64,000 bases of DNA, taken from an uncultured Lachnospiraceae bacterium (GTDB lineage Bacteria; Bacillota; Clostridia; Lachnospirales; Lachnospiraceae). The notes under the pieces are model-generated. The model was not told where the DNA came from and made no database searches. It saw only the letters and a list, made by a program, of their open reading frames with translations. Location: contig CAYYVJ010000001.1 of NCBI GenBank assembly GCA_964475115.1, forward strand, positions 8,809 through 72,808, read 5' to 3'. Each line of letters opens with the position of its first letter. Position 1 is the stretch's first letter. The position numbers and the translations under genes are program-made. Shown here piece after piece: positions 10,184 to 19,628 of the stretch.

Positions 10184-10261
10184 GATCGTTTAAAAAGATA
10201 AATAAGAATCTAAAAAAAGTACTTGCATATTTGAAAGTTTTATTATAGACTATTCAAGTAT

Positions 10262-10333
10262 GGTCCGTTGGTCAAGGGGTTAAGACGCTGCCCTCTCACG
10301 GCAGAATCAGGGGTTCGATTCCCCTACGGACTG
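10262..10333 (+). tRNA. tRNA-Glu, anticodon CTC
   Basis: Hand-folded cloverleaf. Acceptor GGTCCGT/ACGGACT (G1-U72 wobble), anticodon stem CTGCC/GGCAG with loop C-T-CTC-A-C, T arm AGGGG-TTCGATT-CCCCT. No encoded CCA. Confidence 0.85.
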
Positions 10334-10392
10334 CTATAAGGATTCTTTGGTATACTGTATGTCTTTTTAAAATAGGGCGTACAGTATTTATC

Positions 10393-10944
10393 ATGGGGGG
10401 AATTGTTTTGGAAAAATATTATATATATGTTGTTTTAGTTAGAACAACTACAATTATATCAAGGTTGATTCAATTTGCCAAAAGTGATGAGTACACACAT
10501 GCCGCGATTTCTTTTGATATAAAATTGGATTCTATGTATAGTTTTTCGAGAAAGCATACCTATTATCCATTTATTGGAAGGTTTCAGCACGAGGAACTAA
10601 ATAAAGGTGTGTATGGAACACATAAAATATTACCTGGAATGATAATGGAAATAGAAGTGACAAAAGAACAGCATGAAAAGGCAAAAGAGCTATTGAATCA
10701 ATTTATTTCAAATAGTAATTATTATAAATATAATTATATTGGCCTTTTGTATAGTTTGATTAATAAACCAATACATTATGATAATCGATTTTTATGTTCA
10801 GAATTCGTATATCATATCTTGAATGAAAGTGGCATCGCAGATTTAAATATTCCTAGAAATCTTGTAAGACCACAAAATCTTTTGAGATTAGACAGTAAAT
10901 GTGTATATAAAGGAAATCTTAAAGAAATCCAGTTTGCAAAATAG
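10393..10944 (+). CDS. Hypothetical protein, putative permuted papain-like (YaeF/YiiX-type NlpC/P60) cysteine hydrolase
   Basis: His-before-Cys arrangement: DEYTHAAISFD, then later RFLCSEFVYHIL. The start is uncertain: the ATG at 10393 lacks an SD, while the TTG at 10408 follows GGGGGGA. Confidence 0.45.
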   Translation: MGGIVLEKYYIYVVLVRTTTIISRLIQFAKSDEYTHAAISFDIKLDSMYSFSRKHTYYPFIGRFQHEELNKGVYGTHKILPGMIMEIEVTKEQHEKAKELLNQFISNSNYYKYNYIGLLYSLINKPIHYDNRFLCSEFVYHILNESGIADLNIPRNLVRPQNLLRLDSKCVYKGNLKEIQFAK

Positions 10945-10974
10945 GGAAAGTCGAAAGACTTTCCCTATTTTTTT
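10941..10974. terminator. Bidirectional terminator shared by a convergent gene pair
   Basis: ATAGGGAAAGTC-gaaa-GACTTTCCCTAT followed by T6. The stem contains the stop codons of both flanking genes. Confidence 0.8.
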
Positions 10975-11591
10975 GGATTAAAGGTTACCATTCTTATAAT
11001 GTTGAGGGGATGTTTTTCTAAAAGAACATCTGCAGACACTATTTGGCGCCTGCCACCATTTGATAAAATGATTTGCTCGAGTTTTTCGTTTTTGTATGTG
11101 TAACCAGAAATTGTTACCCAATGCCAATTATCATTTCTTAATTCCTTTGCTCTATGAAATAGGATGAGTAGTGCCACAGGGTGGCCCCTATCAATAGAAG
11201 AAGTTATAAAATCAGAAGCTTCTCTTATGGTACCCCATTTCTTTAAAACATTTGATTCAACCTTTATATTTTTGCTGAGGCAAAAATCAGAAAATCTTTT
11301 GGCGAACTTGCTTGCATAAGGGAAACCAATTAATCCAGGCCTCATATAGTGAAACATGATATCCATGATATCTAAATAATTCTCTTGAGTAAGATTTTGC
11401 GTATCTCCAGAAAATAATTCCTTCATTTCTTTAAAGTTTATGGCGTAATATGCTGCCAAATTGGCACCACTCGTACTTGCGCAACCAGATTGTCTTTGCC
11501 ACTTCTTTTTAAACCATTCTTGGTTTCCACCATAAACTAGATGGCTACTTTGAGTTTCTATTTTTGGGAAGTTAAGTTCTCTTGTATTCAT
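10965..11591 (-). CDS. Hypothetical protein, putative C39-like/papain-fold cysteine peptidase domain
   Basis: Candidate catalytic Cys in RQSGCASTSGANLAAYY and His in NDNWHWVTISGY. No signal peptide. Confidence 0.4.
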   Translation of the reverse strand: MNTRELNFPKIETQSSHLVYGGNQEWFKKKWQRQSGCASTSGANLAAYYAINFKEMKELFSGDTQNLTQENYLDIMDIMFHYMRPGLIGFPYASKFAKRFSDFCLSKNIKVESNVLKKWGTIREASDFITSSIDRGHPVALLILFHRAKELRNDNWHWVTISGYTYKNEKLEQIILSNGGRRQIVSADVLLEKHPLNIIRMVTFNPKK

Positions 11592-11704
11592 ATAAACCTC
11601 CTATTATACTAATATTCGACAGAATCTTCTTATTTTACTATTAATATATCGAAAAAAGTCGGAAACGTGTATCAGATTTATCATTATATCATAAAAAGGT
11701 ATTG

Positions 11705-11733
11705 TTGAATATCATGGAAATTTAAAGTATAAT
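11705..11733 (+). promoter_or_regulatory. Sigma-A-type promoter for galM
   Basis: TTGAAT (11705-10), 17-nt spacer, TATAAT (11728-33). Confidence 0.6.
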
Positions 11734-11777
11734 AGTAAACATGAGTAATTCTATTATATTGGGAGGGACACAGAATA

Positions 11778-12836
11778 ATGAGTATAGTGAAAGAATTCTT
11801 TGGAAAAACCGAAGAGGGAATTAGCGTGGATTTATATACCGTGACAAATGAGAATGGTACGATTGCAAAATTTACAAATTATGGAGCCATTTTAGTTTCA
11901 TTATTTGTGCCAGATAAAGATGGGCAGTTAGTGGATGTGGTGTTAGGATATGATAACATTGAAGGGTATTTAAAAAATGGTCCAAATTTTGGTGCAACGG
12001 TTGGACGTCATGCAAATCGAATTGGAAATGCTGAATTTGTAATAAATGGAGTACAATATAAATTAGATAAAAATGATGGAAAAAACAATTTACATAGTGG
12101 GTTTGATGGATTCCATAAAAGGGTTTGGGAAGGAAATGTCAATGAAAGTGAATTGGGAGATTCCCTTGCGTTTTCTTATCATAGTGTAGATAAAGATCAA
12201 GGATTTCCAGGGAATTTGGATGTTAAAGTAACCTATACGTTAACAAATGAAGATTCTCTTATTATTGATTATTATGGGATTTCTGATGAAGATACCATTC
12301 TTAATCTAACCAATCATTCCTATTTTAATTTGTCTGGTCATGATTCGGGAGAAGTGCTAAAACAAAAGGTTTGGATCGATTCTGACTATATTACTGAGGC
12401 AGATACAGAGGCTATTCCGACAGGCGTTCTACTTCCTGTTAAAAACACACCAATGGATTTTAATGAATTAAAAGCGATTGGAAAAGAGATCGATGCAGAT
12501 TATTATCAAGTTCTTCAAGGAAAAGGATATGATCATAATTGGGTATTGAAAACTGAAAAAGGTGAAGTTTCCTTAGTGGCGCGAATGGAAGACAAGTATT
12601 CCAATATAGGGATGGAAGTTTTTACGGATATGCCGGGTATGCAGTTTTATACAGCCAATTTCTTGGATGGTACAGAAATAGGAAAGGGTGGAAAGCCCTA
12701 TGAACGCAGAAGTGCTGCTTGTTTTGAAACACAGTATTTTCCAAATGCAATGAATATACCTGATTTTCCATCTCCGATTTTAAAAGCTGGAGAAGAGTAT
12801 AAATCCACAACTGTTTATAAATTTTATATAAAATAG
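11778..12836 (+). CDS. galM: Aldose 1-epimerase (galactose mutarotase)
   Basis: GATVGRHANRI, NNLHSGF and LTNHSYFNL motifs. Length 352 aa. Confidence 0.9.
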   Translation: MSIVKEFFGKTEEGISVDLYTVTNENGTIAKFTNYGAILVSLFVPDKDGQLVDVVLGYDNIEGYLKNGPNFGATVGRHANRIGNAEFVINGVQYKLDKNDGKNNLHSGFDGFHKRVWEGNVNESELGDSLAFSYHSVDKDQGFPGNLDVKVTYTLTNEDSLIIDYYGISDEDTILNLTNHSYFNLSGHDSGEVLKQKVWIDSDYITEADTEAIPTGVLLPVKNTPMDFNELKAIGKEIDADYYQVLQGKGYDHNWVLKTEKGEVSLVARMEDKYSNIGMEVFTDMPGMQFYTANFLDGTEIGKGGKPYERRSAACFETQYFPNAMNIPDFPSPILKAGEEYKSTTVYKFYIK

Positions 12837-12852
12837 AAAGTTGGAGGCCACT

Positions 12853-13437
12853 TTGAAGAATAATAATTTTTATGCGATGTTATCAAGGATGCGTTATATA
12901 AATCGTTGGGGATTAATGCGGAATACGATTGTGGAAAATATAAGTGAGCATAGCCTGGATGTAAGCGTAATTGCTCATGCTTTAGCAATTATTAGAAATG
13001 TTTACTATAAAGGGAATTTAAATGTGGAAAGAGTAGCTTTGCTTGCAATATACCATGATGCTACGGAAATAATAACTGGTGATATGCCGACTCCAGTTAA
13101 ATACTATGCACCTGAAATTAGAGAGTCCTATAAAATGGTAGAAGAAGTTGCAAAAGAGCAAATGCTAGAAGGCCTTCCTCTTGAATTAAGAGAATATTAT
13201 GCTCCATTATTAAGCGAGAATAAGGAAGAACATGAGCTTTGGCGTATTGTTAAAGCGGCAGATAAAATATCAGCTTTGATAAAATGTATTGAAGAGAGAC
13301 AAATGGGGAATTTAGATTTTGCAAAAGCGGAAGCAGTAACATATGAAACTCTGTTAAAGATGAATATGGAGGAGGTCAACTATTTCCTTGAAAATTTTTT
13401 ACCTGCCTACAATTTGACGTTAGATGAACAAACGTAA
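12853..13437 (+). CDS. HD-domain 5'-deoxynucleotidase, YfbR-like
   Basis: LSRMRYINRWGLMRN, SEHSLDV and HDATEIITGDMPTP motifs. The start is uncertain: TTG at 12841, TTG at 12853 (5 nt after GGAGG), or ATG at 12877. Confidence 0.8.
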   Translation: MKNNNFYAMLSRMRYINRWGLMRNTIVENISEHSLDVSVIAHALAIIRNVYYKGNLNVERVALLAIYHDATEIITGDMPTPVKYYAPEIRESYKMVEEVAKEQMLEGLPLELREYYAPLLSENKEEHELWRIVKAADKISALIKCIEERQMGNLDFAKAEAVTYETLLKMNMEEVNYFLENFLPAYNLTLDEQT

Positions 13438-13496
13438 AAAGATTTCAGCAATGTTACTTGAATTTAAATGCGAGAACTACTAAAGGAGAAGACATA

Positions 13497-15341
13497 ATGG
13501 ACAAAGGTACGCATGAGGAAATGCTTAGCGAAATATTGGACTATGTATTTGAAGAAGATGAAAACGAGAATGATATAGAAGATAAGTTAAAGAAATTATA
13601 TAAGGTTGTTTTAGCGAAAGAGGAAGAATTGAATTATAAAACGACTTTGCTTTCGGCAACACAAAAAAAACTTTTGACAAATGAAAGGGTTTATCAATTA
13701 ATGTCAGAAGTGTCTACGGATGGTTTTCATTATATTAACTATACAACAAATTTTTCAATAGCTTCTGCCAAATGGTTTGAATTCTTTCCTATTAGAGAAG
13801 GTCAAATGCGTGACAGAGCAATTCTTCGTTCTTTTATATATGAAGAAGATAAGAATAGATTTATAAAGAAAAGAACGGATTCTTATACAATGAAGGAAGA
13901 ATTTTTTGAAGAATCCTATCGTCTTAGAGACAATACTTGGATTAAACATTATACGAAATTTATATATGATGAAAACAATAATTTATGTGAAGAGATTAAT
14001 GTTTTTAAAGATATTACAAAACAGAAAAAGCAACAAGAAAGATTAGAGCATTTGGCTTATTATGACTTTCTTACAGGTGCATACAATCGTACCTATTTTA
14101 TAAGATGGTTGGATGAACAAATTGAAGATGCAAACAGAAATAATAAGTTAGTACAATTACTTTACATTGATATGGACTATTTTAAACGTGTAAATGATAG
14201 TATGGGATTTAAAATTGGTGATGAATTAATTCTAAAGATGAGTGAGATTTTAGAGAGACTTCAGACTGATAATATTAAAATTGGAAGGTTTAGCAATGAC
14301 GAGTTTGCTGTTGGTCTATCTGATTTAGATACAAGTGATGCTGCAGATATATTCTATGAAAAGTTACTAGAAAAGTTGAAACAACCTATTTTTTTAAGTA
14401 ATGGAGTGGAGTATTATTTGACTGTAAGTGTAGGAGTTGCAGAATATGATCATGAAATCGGTAGTGGTCTGGAACTAATAAGAGCAGCAGATTTAGCTAT
14501 GTATCATGCTAAAAGAATAGGTAGAAATGGAGTTTGTCATTATGAAAGAAAAATAATGAACAATTTTATTAAAAGTATTCTTTTAGAGCAAAGATTAAAA
14601 GTCGCCATTGAAAAAGAAAGTTTTTGCTTGGCTTTTCAACCTCAATTTGATGCTGTATCAGGTAAGTTAAGAGGAGTGGAGGAATTGATACGCTGGAGAG
14701 ATGAGGAGTTTGGCTCGATTAGTCCTGCTGAATTTATTCCTTTGGCAGAAGAAAATGGGGGAATTATAAAGCTTGGAACTTGGGTTATTAGAGAATCACT
14801 AAAAGCTCTTAGTTCATGGAGAGATAACTATAATTATACAGGTATTATGTCAATAAACATATCTACAGTACAATTTAGAGATCCATTTTTTATTGATACC
14901 TTGAAATATTTTACGGAATTGTATGAAATTGATCCTGGTACGGTGGAGATAGAAGTGACAGAAAGCGTTTTTATATATGATTTTAATGAAATGGTGAAGC
15001 AAATAAAAGAATTAAGAAGTATAGGTTATAAGATTTCTTTAGATGATTTTGGGACAGGGTATTCATCCTTATCTTACCTAAAGGAAATACCTATGGACAC
15101 TTTGAAAATTGATAGGTCTTTTGTAGCAAGTATCGTTAATGAAGAATCTACTTGCATCATAACTAGTAGTCTAATTGAAATGGTTCAAAAGCTTGGTTTA
15201 GAAACGATAGCAGAAGGTGTAGAAACCAAAGATCAATTAGAGTATTTGAGGAATATAAACTGTGATGTGATACAAGGATATCTTTTAGGACGACCTATAG
15301 AGGAATCGGAGATTATTGAAATATTAAAGTCAAATAATTAA
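13497..15341 (+). CDS. Cytoplasmic PAS-like / degenerate GGDEF / EAL protein (probable c-di-GMP phosphodiesterase)
   Basis: The GGDEF position reads RFSNDEF. The EAL domain has EELIRW, EVTE, DDFGTGYSS, KIDRSF, EGVE and QGY. The ATG at 13497 follows AAAGGAGA (ORF track starts at 13458). Confidence 0.85.
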   Translation: MDKGTHEEMLSEILDYVFEEDENENDIEDKLKKLYKVVLAKEEELNYKTTLLSATQKKLLTNERVYQLMSEVSTDGFHYINYTTNFSIASAKWFEFFPIREGQMRDRAILRSFIYEEDKNRFIKKRTDSYTMKEEFFEESYRLRDNTWIKHYTKFIYDENNNLCEEINVFKDITKQKKQQERLEHLAYYDFLTGAYNRTYFIRWLDEQIEDANRNNKLVQLLYIDMDYFKRVNDSMGFKIGDELILKMSEILERLQTDNIKIGRFSNDEFAVGLSDLDTSDAADIFYEKLLEKLKQPIFLSNGVEYYLTVSVGVAEYDHEIGSGLELIRAADLAMYHAKRIGRNGVCHYERKIMNNFIKSILLEQRLKVAIEKESFCLAFQPQFDAVSGKLRGVEELIRWRDEEFGSISPAEFIPLAEENGGIIKLGTWVIRESLKALSSWRDNYNYTGIMSINISTVQFRDPFFIDTLKYFTELYEIDPGTVEIEVTESVFIYDFNEMVKQIKELRSIGYKISLDDFGTGYSSLSYLKEIPMDTLKIDRSFVASIVNEESTCIITSSLIEMVQKLGLETIAEGVETKDQLEYLRNINCDVIQGYLLGRPIEESEIIEILKSNN

Positions 15342-15373
15342 AATCCCCTATAAAACAAGAAAGTTGGTAAAGA

Positions 15374-17353
15374 ATGGCGAAGTCTTTATATATAGCAGAG
15401 AAACCTAGTGTTGCACAGGAATTTGCTAAAGCTTTAAAACTTAATACAAAAAGGAAAGATGGATATTTGGAGTCAGACGAAGCTGTGGTAACCTGGTGTG
15501 TAGGTCATTTGGTAACGATGAGCTATCCCGAAAGTTATGATCCTGCTCTAAAGCGATGGAGCCTAGATACACTACCATTTTTACCTAAGGTATATAAGTA
15601 TGAAGTAATACCTGCTGTAAGCAAACAATATAAAATAGTAAGTAACTTATTGAATAGGGAAGATATCACTACTATATATGTATGTACAGACTCTGGACGT
15701 GAGGGTGAATATATTTATCGTTTAGTAGAGCAAATGGCAGGCGTAAAAAACAAAAAAAGAAAACGAGTTTGGATTGACTCTCAAACAGAAGATGAAATTT
15801 TAAAAGGAATTGAAACTGCAAAAGATTTAGAAGAATATGATAATTTATCAGAGTCTGCTTATCTTAGAGCAAAAGAAGATTATTTGATGGGAATAAATTT
15901 TTCTAGACTTTTAACATTAAAGTATGGAACTACAATTTCCAATTATTTAAAATTAGACCGTACCGTTGTTTCGGTTGGAAGAGTAATGACTTGTGTTTTA
16001 GGAATGGTGGTTAGGCGCGAAAGAGAAGTTAGGGATTTTGTTAAAACACCTTTTTATAGAGTGCTAGCTGAATTAGGTCTAGATGAAACGAGCTTTGAGA
16101 CAGAGTGGAAAGCAGTAGAGGGTTCAAGATATTTTAATTCCCCCTACCTATACAAGGAAAATGGTTTTAAAGAGGAGGAAAAAGCCAAAGAGCTTATTTC
16201 CTATTTATCTGAAGAACAGCCTATTTTAGCTCATGTTACGCTTGTTGAAAAGAAAAAAGAAAACAAAAACCCACCTTTACTATTTAATTTGGCAGAACTT
16301 CAAAATGAGTGTTCTAAGTTATTTAAAATAAGCCCAGATGAAACCTTAAAGGTTGTTCAAGAGCTTTATGAGAAGAAGTTAGTAACCTATCCAAGAACAG
16401 ATGCTAGAGTGCTATCGACAGCTGTCGCAAAGGAAATATATAAGAATTTAAAAGGTCTAAGTGGGTATGAACCCATATCTGAATATGCTAAAGAAATTCT
16501 AGAGCAGGGCCAATATAAAGGCCTTGAAAAAACCAGATACGTAAATGATAAGCAAATAACAGATCACTATGCAATCATACCAACAGGTCAAGGCTTAGGT
16601 GCTCTAAGATCTTTGTCACCTCATGCTGCCTCTATATATGAATCAATTGTAAGGAGATTTGTAAGTATATTTTACCCTGCAGCAGTATATCAAAAAACAA
16701 ATATTTCTGTTGCAATACGAAATGAATTATTTACAACTTCTTTTAGAACCATGGTTAACGAAGGATATTTAAAGATAGTAACGAAATCTTTTGATAAGAA
16801 AAAGGATGAAAATGAAAAAACAGATGATATCCAGTTGCTTGAATTGATTAAAGGATTGAAAAAGGGAGCAGTATTACCTTGTAAAAATTTATATGTAAAA
16901 GAAGGCGAAACCTCACCTCCTAAAAGATATAATTCAGGATCTATCATATTAGCCATGGAAAATGCAGGACAACTAATAGAAGATGAAGACTTGCGAGCGC
17001 AAATAAAGGGAAGTGGAATAGGAACGAGTGCAACTCGTGCAGAGATATTAAAAAAATTAGTTAATATAAAATATATATCATTAAATAAGAAGACTCAGAT
17101 TATAACACCGACGCTATTAGGTGAACTTATATTTAATGTAGTGGATAGTTCTATTCACCAACTTCTTAATCCAGAGTTGACAGCTAGTTGGGAAAAAGGA
17201 TTGAACTATGTGGCAAATGGTAGTATAACAACCCAGGAGTATATGGAAAAGCTTGAGAATTTTGTAGCAAGACGTACATACAATGTTTTAAGAGTAAATA
17301 ATCAATATGTTTTAAGAGAAGGCTTTAATGACATTAATGCATACTATAAATAG
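15374..17353 (+). CDS. topB: DNA topoisomerase III
   Basis: Toprim N-terminus LYIAEKPSVAQEFAKAL, TWCVGHL, and the active-site region LVTYPRTDARVLS. Confidence 0.9.
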   Translation: MAKSLYIAEKPSVAQEFAKALKLNTKRKDGYLESDEAVVTWCVGHLVTMSYPESYDPALKRWSLDTLPFLPKVYKYEVIPAVSKQYKIVSNLLNREDITTIYVCTDSGREGEYIYRLVEQMAGVKNKKRKRVWIDSQTEDEILKGIETAKDLEEYDNLSESAYLRAKEDYLMGINFSRLLTLKYGTTISNYLKLDRTVVSVGRVMTCVLGMVVRREREVRDFVKTPFYRVLAELGLDETSFETEWKAVEGSRYFNSPYLYKENGFKEEEKAKELISYLSEEQPILAHVTLVEKKKENKNPPLLFNLAELQNECSKLFKISPDETLKVVQELYEKKLVTYPRTDARVLSTAVAKEIYKNLKGLSGYEPISEYAKEILEQGQYKGLEKTRYVNDKQITDHYAIIPTGQGLGALRSLSPHAASIYESIVRRFVSIFYPAAVYQKTNISVAIRNELFTTSFRTMVNEGYLKIVTKSFDKKKDENEKTDDIQLLELIKGLKKGAVLPCKNLYVKEGETSPPKRYNSGSIILAMENAGQLIEDEDLRAQIKGSGIGTSATRAEILKKLVNIKYISLNKKTQIITPTLLGELIFNVVDSSIHQLLNPELTASWEKGLNYVANGSITTQEYMEKLENFVARRTYNVLRVNNQYVLREGFNDINAYYK

Positions 17354-17396
17354 AATGATTGATGTCATTGAAAAGCGATAAAAAGGGGATTGTGAA

Positions 17397-18062
17397 ATGG
17401 ACAAATTAAAAATAACGAGTTTATATGACTTAGAGCAAACGATAGCGAAAGAATTATTTGTTGGAGGAGAGTACCCTTGGGAGTTGCTTCCTAAAATAGG
17501 TGAATTTATTAAGAAACTTGGAGCCAGTCTTTCGGCAGAGGAATATAACCAAGTAGAAGAATCTGTTTGGATAGCAAAAACTGCTGTAGTTGCGCCATCC
17601 GCTTGCATAAATGGACCAGCCATTATAGGGAAAAACGCAGAGATTAGACATGGTGCATTTATTCGTGGAAATGCTATTGTAGGAGAAGGTGCTGTAGTTG
17701 GAAATTCTACAGAGTTGAAAAATGTAATTTTATTTAATAAAGTTCAAGTTCCTCATTACAATTATGTAGGCGATTCGATTTTAGGTTATAAAGCTCATAT
17801 GGGTGCGGGTTCAATTACTTCAAATGTGAAGTCGGATAAGACATTGGTATCTGTAGTTACTCCTGATGGGAAAATTGAAACGGGATTAAAGAAATTTGGT
17901 GCGATGTTGGGAGATAATGTAGAAATAGGGTGTAATAGTGTGTTGAATCCAGGTACTGTGATTGGAAGAAATACAAACGTATATCCATTGTCTTCTGTTC
18001 GTGGATTTGTACCTTCTGACTCGATTTTTAAGCATCAAGAAAAAATCGTAAAAAAATCATAA
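17397..18062 (+). CDS. Left-handed beta-helix (hexapeptide-repeat) protein, GlmU C-terminal-like
   Basis: Repeated [LIV]G-x4 hexapeptides (IIGKNAEIRHGAFIRGNAIVGEGAVVGNS...). Confidence 0.65.
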   Translation: MDKLKITSLYDLEQTIAKELFVGGEYPWELLPKIGEFIKKLGASLSAEEYNQVEESVWIAKTAVVAPSACINGPAIIGKNAEIRHGAFIRGNAIVGEGAVVGNSTELKNVILFNKVQVPHYNYVGDSILGYKAHMGAGSITSNVKSDKTLVSVVTPDGKIETGLKKFGAMLGDNVEIGCNSVLNPGTVIGRNTNVYPLSSVRGFVPSDSIFKHQEKIVKKS

Positions 18063-18096
18063 ATTAAACCGTATTATAAGAAGAAAAGGGTGAATT

Positions 18097-19563
18097 ATGA
18101 GCGAGAATTTAAATAGCATATTTAATTTTGCAAATGAAGGACTGGTGACGATTAGCAATCTGGTCTGGGGTATACCCTTAATTGTGTTTATTTTACTAGT
18201 TGGAATTTATTTGACTTTGAAGCTTGGATTCTTACAGGTGTTTTATTTACCAAAAGCTTTAAAATTTGTGGTAACAAATGAAGAAGGTGGAGAAGGTGAA
18301 GTAAGTAGCTTTGGAGCATTATGTACTGCTTTATCAGCAACAATAGGTACTGGAAATATTGTAGGTGTAGCTACTGCAGTAGGAGTTTTAGCTGGTGGTC
18401 CAGGAGCATTATTTTGGATGTTAGTGGCGGCCTTCTTTGGTATGGCAACTAAATATGCAGAAGGTTTTTTGGCAATTAAATATAGAAAAGTTGATAAAAA
18501 TAATCATGTATTAGGTGGACCTTTTTATTACATTGAATATGGAATGGGAATAAAATGGCGTTGGTTAGGTAAAATGTTTGCTTTTTTTGGAGCTGGAGCT
18601 GGATTGCTTGGTATTGGAACCTTTACACAAGTAAATGGAATTTCAAGCGTTGTAGTAGGATTTTTTGATCCGAATAAAGAAAGGCTTATATCTTTATTTG
18701 GAAGAGAATATTCAATTGTACTGATCATTACAGGTTTTATTTTAACCATAAGTGTCGCTTTGATATTAGTTGGAGGAATACAAAGAATATCAAATGTATC
18801 ACAGGTTGTAGTTCCTTTTATGGCGATTTTATATGTGGCTACTTGCCTTATTCTTATAATAATAAATCGTTCTAAATTACCAGAAGCAATTAGTGATATA
18901 TTTTTAGGAGCTTTTGGAATAAAACCTATTTCTGGTGGGATATTAGCTAGTGTACTAATTTCTATGAGGAGTGGTATTTCTAGAGGGATTTTTTCTAATG
19001 AAGCAGGCCTTGGTTCAGCGCCAATTGCATCGGCAGCAGCGAAATCAAATAATTTAGTTAGACAAGGTCTTGTTACAATGACAGGAACTTTTATTGATAC
19101 CATAATTATTTCTACAATGACAGGATTATGTATTGTTATGATGGGCTCTTGGAAAGCAACAAAAGTAGTAAACGGTATTGCTGTTCCATTGGAAGGTGTG
19201 GAGGTCACTACTCATGCATTTCAAACAGGAGTTCCCCTTTCTAATTTGACAATTTCCTTTGTTTTAATGATCTGTCTAGCTTTTTTTGCTTATACTACTA
19301 TTTTGGGATGGAATTATTATGGAGAACGCTGTATTGAATATCTAACAAACGGTAGCAAGAATGCTCTAAAATGGTATCGTTGTTTCTATATACTAGCAGT
19401 GTTTGTAGGCCCATATATGACGGTTGCAGCTGTATGGACAATAGCGGATATTTTTAATGGGTTAATGGCACTTCCTAATCTTATTGCATTATTAGCCCTT
19501 AGTGGAGTAGTGGTATCTGAAACAAAGCAAAGTCTAAGAGCAAAAAACAGATTCTCTGGATAA
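18097..19563 (+). CDS. Alanine/glycine:cation symporter (AGCS) family transporter
   Basis: SSFGALCTALSATIGTGNIVGVATA and FSNEAGLGSAPIA motifs. Roughly 11 TM segments. Confidence 0.88.
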   Translation: MSENLNSIFNFANEGLVTISNLVWGIPLIVFILLVGIYLTLKLGFLQVFYLPKALKFVVTNEEGGEGEVSSFGALCTALSATIGTGNIVGVATAVGVLAGGPGALFWMLVAAFFGMATKYAEGFLAIKYRKVDKNNHVLGGPFYYIEYGMGIKWRWLGKMFAFFGAGAGLLGIGTFTQVNGISSVVVGFFDPNKERLISLFGREYSIVLIITGFILTISVALILVGGIQRISNVSQVVVPFMAILYVATCLILIIINRSKLPEAISDIFLGAFGIKPISGGILASVLISMRSGISRGIFSNEAGLGSAPIASAAAKSNNLVRQGLVTMTGTFIDTIIISTMTGLCIVMMGSWKATKVVNGIAVPLEGVEVTTHAFQTGVPLSNLTISFVLMICLAFFAYTTILGWNYYGERCIEYLTNGSKNALKWYRCFYILAVFVGPYMTVAAVWTIADIFNGLMALPNLIALLALSGVVVSETKQSLRAKNRFSG

Positions 19564-19593
19564 AATTGTAAAATTGTTAATTTCATTTTTCCC

Positions 19594-19622
19594 TTGAAAA
19601 TGATTGTAGATTAGAGTATAAT
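19594..19622 (+). promoter_or_regulatory. Consensus sigma-A promoter driving the non-coding unit
   Basis: TTGAAA (19594-99), exactly 17 nt, TATAAT (19617-22). Confidence 0.7.
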
Positions 19623-19628
19623 AAAGCC

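Noticed and set aside
10334-11777. Genomic island integrated at tRNA-Glu
   Set aside because: I found no integrase or recombinase, no direct repeat of the tRNA 3' end, and only two small genes. Base composition is not visibly different.
18528-19208. 226-aa ORF antisense to the alanine/cation symporter gene
   Set aside because: It lies entirely inside a well-supported transporter gene on the other strand. Its composition is low-complexity and Pro/Ile/Thr-rich, typical of the antisense frame of AT-rich genes. It has no SD.
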